64,000 bases of DNA from a virus. Under the pieces are notes generated by a model. The model searched no databases. It was not told the DNA's origin and saw only the letters and a program-made list of their open reading frames with translations. Of this stretch, positions 17,121-24,720 are shown piece by piece; within the stretch, counting starts at the first letter, position 1; each line of letters begins with the position of its first letter. The translations under genes were made by a program, and so were the position numbers. The DNA is taken from IMG/VR virus record IMGVR_UViG_3300002054_000060; one strand, written 5' to 3'.

Positions 17121-17646
17121 CAACCATGCCGGCGTTGTAAACTCCAGTATCAGGGCATGGCCCGGGGGTTCGCGCTTGGCACGAGCCGGAACAATAGGCT
17201 CAAGGGCTCACGCGCTTGGGCCTTTTTTCTGCCCACGGCAACCACCCAAGCAAGCGCCAGCCCAAGCAAAACCCAGCGCCAAGGTGCCCACAAAAACGCG
17301 CTGTAAGCCCCCACAAGCGCACGGCGACACCCAAGCAATCCCAAACTCGCTGTAAAGCGATACAAAGCCCCACAGCGCCAGGCAACGCTTTGGCATAAAA
17401 CCGGGCCACAAATCAGTAACAAACCAAAATGTTAGCGTTAACACGGGGGTAACAAGCAGTGCGTCACCTTGCCAGGATCAGTGGGGCAAACTCTTTGAAA
17501 GCGTATAAGTTTTGCCCATAATGGGGCTATGAAAGGGGTACCAAAAGCCTCTTAAATACCGGCTGCAATGGCCCAAAACACCCCTTATTTTGGTCAGTTT
17601 TTGACCAATAAAGCCGCCAATTTTGGCCCAAAAAGGCGGAGTATGC

Positions 17647-17749
17647 CATTCCGCAGCAGGCAAACATCAACCCAAAACTGTGCGCTGCCTCCCATTCCGC
17701 AGCCTCAAAAGACCCACTCAGAAATGTGCGTTACCTCTCATTCCGCAGC
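17647..17749 (+). repeat. 3 x CATTCCGCAGC at exact 46-bp period
   Basis: Copies at 17647, 17693 and 17739. Confidence 0.85.
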
Positions 17750-17846
17750 TTTCTATCGCCCCAAAACAAGCCCAATTCCGCCTGAAATGGTGCTAATTTT
17801 TCAATCTTGCGCATAAACTCATAACGCAAAAAATATAACCTAGCAA

Positions 17847-17859
17847 TATCAACAACTTA
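17847..17859 (+). promoter_or_regulatory. IHF consensus site
   Basis: TATCAACAACTTA matches WATCAANNNNTTR. Confidence 0.55.
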
Positions 17860-18387
17860 CCGAGCCTTTCTTAGTTTGTTTCGACTGTGTTGCCTTGCAT
17901 AGTTAATATATAATTATTAGTTCTTGATCTTGGACCTAATGGTGCAAGGCACTCGCATCAGAAACTACTTTAAGTTTGCGCCGTAAGTTGCAAAACCACT
18001 AAAACCACACAAACAGCAAGGAAATACCCCACCAAGGCATCCGGAATTGAAATAACCCCACCGGAATTGTGGATACCCCCAAAACCCAAACCAAAACCAA
18101 CAGCGGCCAGCAAAACCAAAACCCAGCACACCACGGATGGACACCGCGGAATGGGAGACAAGCCCAAAGCGCTGCACAAGCCACGGCACCACCCAAGCCA
18201 AGCCCAAACCCCAGCGGAATAAAAAACAAGTCACATCGCAAGGCAAAGCCAACCCCATAACCCCCCACGCAAGGCTTCTCACAAGCCCACCACGCCACGC
18301 AAACCCCCAAACCCATGCCAGTGCATAGGGCACCCCCATAAAATCGCTTAAATCAGCTTAGGAGGGCCCAACCAAACCAAAACCAGC

Positions 18388-18420
18388 AAAACCCAAACCA
18401 AAACCCAAACCAAAACCCAA
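18388..18420 (+). repeat. tandem 12-bp repeat AAAACCCAAACC (about 2.7 copies)
   Basis: Read directly. Confidence 0.85.
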
Positions 18421-19331
18421 GGTTCTCCCCACCCCGGCAAGGCAAATCCAAAAAACAAGCATGAACATCCACACAGGCAAAACCAAACCCAACCAAAACT
18501 ACCAAGGCAACCCATAAAACGCACAGGCAACCCCACCACGCCACGAACACACCCAACCCCATAGGCAACTACCACCCAAGCCACAAAATCGCTTAGAGGG
18601 CGTTAGGTTGACCAAAGCCCAAAAATAAACAGGAAGGGGGAACTACCTAGCCAAATTCCCAAGAGAACTCCGGCAAGAGCAAAACCAATACAGGGATCCA
18701 CACAGGAGCAGCAGGGCAGGAGCTAATACCCCCGGAATAGAGCAAGCCCAACCCCAAGCACCAGCGGAATAGCGAAAGCCAGCCACAACGCACGGCAAAC
18801 CCCACAACAGCCATGCTCCCACCCACAGGCAAAACCAACATGCTTGCCCCCACAGGCAAAACCACAAGCCCACCACGGCACGCAAACCCCCAAAGTGATA
18901 CCAATGCACCACTAAGCCCACAAAAACGCTTAGAAGCGATTACAGAGGGCCCCAATCCCAAAATAAACAGGAAAGGGGAACTACCCAGCCAAATCCCCAA
19001 AAACAGCAAAGGAAAACTCTCAGAGAACTCCGGCAAGAGCAAACCCAACACACGGGGACCCACGGAGAAACAGGCAGGAAGAGGGGAAACTACCCAGGCC
19101 TCTACACGAGCAGCTTCCGGAAGAGGCAACACGCCAAGCAAGCAGCTTCCCAACAAGCACTCGACTCACAGAGGCAATACCAAAGCCCCACGGAGTTCTC
19201 AGCCGCAACGCAGCAAAGGGCGAAGAAGCTAGCAAGCTCCAAGGGAACTACAGCCCATGCTCTGTGCTGCCGGTGAGGGCCAGTACGCAGCGAATCCATA
19301 ACTCGAAGGCAGGAGTTTGGAAACTCTCCGG

Positions 19332-19433
19332 CATAAGGCTAATGCTCAATCCATAAGGCTAAGAAAATCCGTAAGGCTAAGGCCCATGTAAGACCCATTC
19401 TTGCCATAAGACTAAGCAAATCCGTAAGGCTAA
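19332..19433 (+). repeat. iteron-like array C(A/G)TAAG(G/A)CTAA, about 18-20 bp period
   Basis: Copies at 19332, 19352, 19370, 19405 and 19423, plus a degenerate one near 19388. Confidence 0.8.
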
Positions 19434-19910
19434 GGCAGGATTTTGGAAAACCCGCTTTCTGCTCTCTCAGCCCCAATCCCGTGCCTTGCCCAGCCGGCTT
19501 GCCTTTGCTCTCTCAGCCCCACACGCCGCGCCTTCCAGAGAAAATCAGCAGGCAAACCTAGCGCCAAATTCACCGTGTTTCCCGCCAGGTACGGCCAGCT
19601 TCGCCGTGTACGCACTCCCTCGGTTTACCCAAGGCACCCCGGAAGCCTGCAGGAGCCGCTCAGAGCCTCTGTGGGCCGTTAAACCCCCAAAGGCATGGCT
19701 AAGTACCACCTAACCGCCAAAAAGCCGCTGTACCGCGCCAGGTACGGTTGGGTGCTGCCCGCTACGGCTTTTCAGGTACGGCCAGCTTTTCCGCCTGGGA
19801 TTTGAAGGGGTACGGCTGGGCCCCGGTTCGTTGAGGTAGCCCGGAATGGCGCGGCGCAAGGCACCCCTTGTTTTTCATCACGGGGAGCCGATTTGGCCCA
19901 GATTTGCCTG

Positions 19911-20350
19911 TTTGCTTTGACCCCTTACACTTTGAAGCCAATTTTGGTTACCCCTCCCCGGAAGCGGGGAATCTTAAATTGTTGATTTTGTTGGAAATCC
20001 CAAAAAAGGGGTTTTTGGCTGAAAACCCCTGAATTACTACAAGACTTATACCAAAAACACGCTTTTTGAGAGGGTTTTGGGTGTAAACTATAAGGGTATG
20101 GCGTTTTCTGCCAGGCAAGCCGCCAGCGTGGCGAGAGGGAAATGGCAGGGTTACCGCGGCGTCGAAAGAAAAAACAGCGCAAAACGGCACTTTTGGTGAC
20201 AAACCCCGAGAAATGGGGGTTTTGCTTTGACCCCGCTTTTTGAGAGGGAAATTCTGGTTACCCCTCCCCGGAAGCGGGGAATCTTAAGTTGTTGATTTTG
20301 TTGGAAATCCCAAAAACGGGCTTTTTTGAAAAAACGCCCTGAAATACTGC
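19911..20350 (+). repeat. two copies of a about 130-bp repeat (offset 310 bp), each with hairpin, IHF box and hairpin
   Basis: 19945-20006 versus 20255-20316 differ at one base; TCCCCG-GAAG-CGGGGA stem; IHF consensus on - strand at 19975-19987 and 20285-20297. Confidence 0.9.
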
Positions 20351-20397
20351 AATTTCACCCCAAAACGGGCCCACAAAAAAGCACATGAATGCCCTGT

Positions 20398-20448
20398 AGT
20401 GAGTGCTTACTATGGAATCTCACTCACTCATAGCAGGAAACGAACATG
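20398..20448 (+). promoter_or_regulatory. 51-bp leader with the 12-bp box in inverted orientation (copy 1)
   Basis: AGTGAGTGCTTACTATGGAATCTCACTCACTCATAGCAGGAAACGAACATG. Confidence 0.85.
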
Positions 20449-20853
20449 GCCCAGGTAACGATCGAGCACATCGAGCACCTCGTCACCCAGCAGATTTTGG
20501 AAGGTGTTTACGCTTTTCTTGACGAGGTGGGCTGTCTGGACCTCTCCCACGACGGAGACCACGAACTAGCCCTGGGGCACATGCGTGATTTCCACGAACG
20601 CGCCAAGAGTGCATTCGAGGTACTGCACGCGATCTCCGAGCACGCCAGTGTGTACCTGTATCAATCTCGATACTTCAGCGATGACGAAAAGTTACAAAAC
20701 AGACTCCTGACCCCTCGTGCTGAGTCTGCGGATCACGCCAGAGCCTTTCTCTGGGAATATGCGCTCACTCGACAGATGAACGCATCGCACCGAGAAGCTG
20801 CTGAATTGAACGACAAGCTCGACAAGGTTGAGCAACTCGCCAACAAAGGATAG
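20446..20853 (+). CDS. hypothetical protein
   Basis: 135 aa, CAGGA SD. Confidence 0.75.
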   Translation: MAQVTIEHIEHLVTQQILEGVYAFLDEVGCLDLSHDGDHELALGHMRDFHERAKSAFEVLHAISEHASVYLYQSRYFSDDEKLQNRLLTPRAESADHARAFLWEYALTRQMNASHREAAELNDKLDKVEQLANKG

Positions 20854-20864
20854 CTAGGTAAAAG

Positions 20865-20892
20865 CAACCCCCACTCACCTGGGGGTTGTTTC
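20865..20892 (+). terminator. probable terminator hairpin
   Basis: CAACCCCC/GGGGGTTG stem then TTT. Confidence 0.5.
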
Positions 20893-20940
20893 AAGCCAAA
20901 AACAAGGCTCACCGGAAACAAGCAATAAAAAACACCCTTC

Positions 20941-20991
20941 AGTGAGTGCTTACTATGGAATTTCACTCACTCACAGCAGGAAACGAACATG
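20941..20991 (+). promoter_or_regulatory. 51-bp leader with inverted box (copy 2; 2 mismatches to copy 1)
   Basis: AGTGAGTGCTTACTATGGAATTTCACTCACTCACAGCAGGAAACGAACATG. Confidence 0.85.
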
Positions 20992-21306
20992 ATCGAATAC
21001 ACCAAGAACGAAAGCGGGTACACGTTCGAGTTCGACATGAACCGGGACGAACGCTTCCAGGGGCGCGTCAACAATTTTCTGGAACACCTGAAGAACCATC
21101 CGGAGGAGCGCGGGGTGGGCTGCAACACGTATGAGCTGGTCTGGCAAGACGCCCTGAAGCACGCCCAAGCCACTTACGGGGCCATGCCCACTATTGTTAT
21201 CCCGCACTTTGACGAAGTGGCGGACGGCCCGGAGGACTCCCGGCGTGGGCTGCCCATCGAGGGAGAGGATCTGGCGGAAATCATCAAGGACTACGGGCCC
21301 CAGTAA
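20989..21306 (+). CDS. hypothetical protein
   Basis: 105 aa after the leader. Confidence 0.75.
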   Translation: MIEYTKNESGYTFEFDMNRDERFQGRVNNFLEHLKNHPEERGVGCNTYELVWQDALKHAQATYGAMPTIVIPHFDEVADGPEDSRRGLPIEGEDLAEIIKDYGPQ

Positions 21307-21477
21307 GCCCCAACACGCCACGGACGGCGTGTTTTTGCCCCATGCAAGGCTCACCGCGGCAAAACGCCATGCGCCCAGCCCCAGGCAAGCCAATAGCGCG
21401 AAATACCACGCACGATGCCCTGGTGTGGTGCGCCATTATAGACACATGGCAGCGAAACACAGTGTTCGCGTCATTAG

Positions 21478-21489
21478 GTAAGCACTCAC
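21478..21489 (+). promoter_or_regulatory. 12-bp box (GTAAGCACTCAC)
   Basis: 34 bp before ATG 21512. Confidence 0.8.
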
Positions 21490-21511
21490 TCACACTACGG
21501 GAATACCCACT

Positions 21512-21706
21512 ATGGACCACATCGACCTGCACCTGGACCTCGAGCCCTCTGACGCAGAGCTGGAAACTATCGAAGCCCTGGAGACCATCAGCTTCGAGGA
21601 ATACCTCGCCCAGCGCGAGGACTACCTCAGCGATATCAACGACATCATCGGGGACATCGACGCAGTGCTGGAGAACCACGCTGACTACCTGGACGTGGTG
21701 CTGTAG
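21512..21706 (+). CDS. small, very acidic protein
   Basis: 64 aa, D/E-rich; follows the leader. Confidence 0.7.
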   Translation: MDHIDLHLDLEPSDAELETIEALETISFEEYLAQREDYLSDINDIIGDIDAVLENHADYLDVVL

Positions 21707-22161
21707 GAGCCACACAGCGCCCAGGGAGCGACTCTCTGGGCGCTACCCAACCCCAAAGCCCCACCGTGGGCTTAAAGCAGCCCACACACGCCCCACCGGA
21801 GAGACCCACCGCCATGAATGCCCCTCGACAAGAAGTGCCTGATCTTGACCACACTCTCGCAGACATCAGGGCAGACCCTCGCTTCACCGAACTACTCATG
21901 GGCGAGCTGCTGGCCCTGACAGCGGAACCTGAGCGTGTCTGCCAGCGCCTGCGCCCGGTAATGGCAAAGCACGCCGCGCTGCCTTCATGGGTGTGTGGGA
22001 GGACTGCCACCGACAGATGGCTGCGGTGCTGGACGAGGATTGGGTCCACAGCCAGCCCTAGCGCGCAGCAGGGAGCACGACGCCACAGAGACCCCCACGC
22101 CGGGGGCTGTTGGTCTACCAGCGGAGCAGGGGCCCCGCCAAATCGCTGCTGTACGAGGCTG

Positions 22162-22333
22162 GGTACGGCTGGCTCCCGCCCCTGGGATTGCTGCCCTCGG
22201 GGGTACACAAACGGGGCGCCGCCAAATCACTGACCTACGGCTTCAGGTACGGCTGGGCCCCGCGCCTCGACAAATTCCCCTCGGGTTTTTTCAGGTACGG
22301 CTGGCTCCCGCCCCTGGCAAGGCTGCCCTCGGG
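22162..22333 (+). repeat. GGTACGGCTGG array with a 40-bp direct repeat (offset 132 bp)
   Basis: Copies at 22162, 22246 and 22294; the same core occurs four times at 19586-19824 and once at 5491. Confidence 0.8.
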
Positions 22334-22389
22334 TTGCGCCAAGGTAAGTGACACGTCAGGTAAGTGACGCCACTCGCTTGACGCTGTGT

Positions 22390-22615
22390 CCAGGAGTCAC
22401 GAATGCGCTTCATTCGTGCCATAGCATCACTTATTCCTACACATCACATAATTTCATGATTCGTGACCCAGGATAACTAATGATCTAACGTCATGAATAA
22501 TGCAAATTCGTGACTTATGGGCACTTATTTCTGAATGTCACAAAATACACACTATTTGTTACCCAGAGTCACTTATTCTTATGCATCACGTATTAGCTTG
22601 ATTCGTGACTCCTGG
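22390..22615. repeat. AT-rich 226-bp segment bounded by a perfect 15-bp inverted repeat, with internal ATTCGTGAC copies
   Basis: CCAGGAGTCACGAAT (22390) / ATTCGTGACTCCTGG (22601). Confidence 0.8.
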
Positions 22616-22862
22616 GAACAGTGCCATTCTTGCATTGTCGCATATCGTCCTGGGTGATTCCGTGACGTGGGCATAGATGAACGCGCGTATACGCTTGAGC
22701 ATTACTCTTGTCAATAGTGCGAACATTACATTTTTGTAATGATTATTTTCGCAAATAATGCGCACAAGCGATGCGATGCGTGTACACTTTAGTCACTGGA
22801 GCAAACAACGCAACGCAGCGAAAACGCTCCAGTTCACTCGCTCACTTATAGGAATTTATCTC

Positions 22863-23447
22863 ATGACCACATCTAACACTGAATTTTTCTCATCTGTTAT
22901 CGCTGACGTTACGGAGCGCGTGAGCGCAACTGCTGCGCAATTCGCGCAGACTGGCTCTGCCAGTGATCGCTTGAGTCACTGCAATGCAGTGCTGCGCAAC
23001 AAAGTAGCTAACAAGCTTGTTAATGCGGATGGTGTCGCTGATTTCCTGTACAGCGCTGTACAGGACGATACAGGACGAAAGTACATTGACCCCAATACTA
23101 CGCCCAATGCGTACAGCTTGGAGGATCTCGCATCATACGCGGATGCGATCCTAGCGCAGGATAGCGCTCGAATAGCTGCGCATCGCGCTGGCACGCTGGA
23201 AGCGTTCAAAAACACAACGACGTGGCTTAGCGTGGAGCAAGCTCACGCACGCGCTGGCAGCTTCAATATCTCGCAAGTTAGGAACTGCATTCGAGCGCTA
23301 AAGTTTCTGGGAGTTCTCGAAACCAAAGAGGAAACCACGCAATGCGTAGCGCGTCCAGCGAAACACTTGTTCCGTCTGGTGAAATCCGATGGTGCCAAGG
23401 ACGCTAAAAAACTTGCTAAGGAGCGCATGAAAAAACGACTCGCGTAA
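22863..23447 (+). CDS. hypothetical protein with basic C-terminus
   Basis: Start reset to ATG 22863 after TAGGA; followed by two hairpins. Confidence 0.75.
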   Translation: MTTSNTEFFSSVIADVTERVSATAAQFAQTGSASDRLSHCNAVLRNKVANKLVNADGVADFLYSAVQDDTGRKYIDPNTTPNAYSLEDLASYADAILAQDSARIAAHRAGTLEAFKNTTTWLSVEQAHARAGSFNISQVRNCIRALKFLGVLETKEETTQCVARPAKHLFRLVKSDGAKDAKKLAKERMKKRLA

Positions 23448-23459
23448 CGTCAACCCATT

Positions 23460-23518
23460 GGCGGAGCATGGACGCTCCGCCACCACATTGGCGTCAAGTC
23501 TTAGACGCCATTTTTTTT
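23460..23518 (+). terminator. tandem hairpins ending in a Rho-independent terminator
   Basis: GGCGGAGC/GCTCCGCC and TGGCGTC/GACGCCA followed by T8. Confidence 0.8.
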
Positions 23519-23535
23519 GTCCAGGGCGCGACCCC

Positions 23536-23724
23536 GCCTGTGCTCGTTGGTTTTTCGTTAGCCCTTATAGTTTGGGTCAAGCCTAGCCTGTGCTCGTTGG
23601 TTTTTCGTTACCCCTTATAGTTTGAGCTAACCCCCGCCTCTGTAAAGTGGGTTTTCGTTGCCCCTTATAGTTTGGGTCATGCCTAGCCTCTGTAAAGTGG
23701 GTTTTCGTTGCCCCTTATAGTTTG
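23536..23724 (+). repeat. 4 x 50-bp tandem repeat
   Basis: Units start at 23536, 23586, 23636 and 23686; core TGG(T/G)TTTTCGTT..CCCTTATAGTTTG. Confidence 0.95.
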
Positions 23725-23786
23725 TGGTGGCAGAGTGGGGTGGTATGGCATCCCTGCCTACCGGAGCAGACCTGCACCTACTGCCC

Positions 23787-24407
23787 TTATACAGCAGCCA
23801 GACCCAACCGATCGCGCAAGCACTCCGCGTACCGCGCCATGTGCCTGTACTGAGCGCCCATCAGCCGGAGTTGCTCCAAGCCTGGGCCGCCAGCCGTCCC
23901 CAGTGGCTGATCAATCACTTTCTTGAGCCGCACCATGCGCTCCTCAAGCTCTGTGGCCTCTGCCTGGACCCTTAACTGCCAATCTGGTGTCTCAGCCTCA
24001 ACTGGCGCTTGTGTGTCGCCTACGGACTCTGTGGCCTCGCCTGTGGCGTTCATGCCCATCAGCCTTGTCAGCTCACCCCATGCCTGCGCTGCACGCTCTG
24101 GAGTGGAGTGGTAGCCCGTTCTGATGCCGCACGCTGGGCATTCGATGTAGTGAGCTGATCTGGCAGCGTCTGCCCGCTCTACGCACTCTCTGGAGTCGCC
24201 GGAGAGATTGCCCTTGCAGCCGCACTGGGCCAATGGCGGTGGCCCTACAATCTGGGTTACCGCATCGATGGCCTTGGCAAGATCATCGTGCATGGCGCCT
24301 TTGGGGTTGCTTGCCAAGTAGCGCTGCTGCTCATGCCTGAGTGCCTTAATGGCTGTGTTGATATTGCTGGGGATAGCCTCTGCCGGAGTGGGGGTGGGGT
24401 TAGTCAT
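23787..24407 (-). CDS. Lar-like zinc finger plus C-terminal coiled-coil domain protein
   Basis: CGCKG...YIECPACGIRT...AAQAW (Lar-like); DWQLRVQAE..EL.ER...L..Q...M..YAECL..RL tail; start at ATG 24407. Confidence 0.65.
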   Translation of the reverse strand: MTNPTPTPAEAIPSNINTAIKALRHEQQRYLASNPKGAMHDDLAKAIDAVTQIVGPPPLAQCGCKGNLSGDSRECVERADAARSAHYIECPACGIRTGYHSTPERAAQAWGELTRLMGMNATGEATESVGDTQAPVEAETPDWQLRVQAEATELEERMVRLKKVIDQPLGTAGGPGLEQLRLMGAQYRHMARYAECLRDRLGLAAV

Positions 24408-24720
24408 GGTCGCAGAACCTGGGTTCATCTTCTTCTCGCTGCTCGTGAATTTCATCCACTGGGGTTGGGTCAACCTTTGGCCTTTTAACTGGGGGTATTT
24501 TCCCGATGGGTGGTGTCGCTGGGATGGCTTCGCACTCGACGGAGCAGCCCTTGAGTTCTATCCGGCTGACATAAGCGCCCATAAATTGATGGTCGCTTGA
24601 CTGCTCACCGATGTCGTACTGGATGCCGGCAAAACCCGATGGCCTGTAGCCCTTGGTTTTGATGTGGGCCTCGAGCACTTCGTTGATCTCAGCCTTGGTC
24701 AAGCTGATGTTGATTTTCAT
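24400..24720 (-). CDS. hypothetical protein
   Basis: 106 aa, coupled to thyX. Confidence 0.7.
   Translation of the reverse strand: MKINISLTKAEINEVLEAHIKTKGYRPSGFAGIQYDIGEQSSDHQFMGAYVSRIELKGCSVECEAIPATPPIGKIPPVKRPKVDPTPVDEIHEQREEDEPRFCDHD

Larger units (their letters stand above)
17121..20397. repeat. about 3.3-kb non-coding, strand-skewed, repeat-rich region
   Basis: A/C-rich + strand to about 19.6 kb, then G/T-rich; only low-complexity spurious ORFs; many nested repeats. Confidence 0.8.

Noticed and set aside
17647-17749. Possible mini-CRISPR (11-bp repeat with 35-bp spacers)
   Set aside because: Repeat is too short, the spacers share sequence with each other (TGTGCG.T.CCTC), and there is no palindromic repeat.
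17150-19713. Many track ORFs on both strands (e.g. 17965..18339, 18647..19156, 18813..19232)
   Set aside because: Low-complexity G/V/F/W/L- or P/K/T/N-rich translations caused by strand skew; no SDs or family motifs.
21766-22367. ORFs 21766..22233, 21995..22351, 22110..22367
   Set aside because: A start at 21814 with GGAGA SD is plausible, but the frames run into GGTACGGC repeats and give repetitive peptides; not supportable as intact genes.
22390-22670. CRP or FNR sites among the GTGA/TCAC words
   Set aside because: No pair fits TGTGA-N6-TCACA or TTGAT-N4-ATCAA spacing convincingly.
23536-23724. Possible CRISPR array (conserved repeat with variable linker)
   Set aside because: Linkers are only about 12 bp and recur (1 matches 3), repeat bodies vary in pairs, and no cas genes are present; kept as a tandem repeat.
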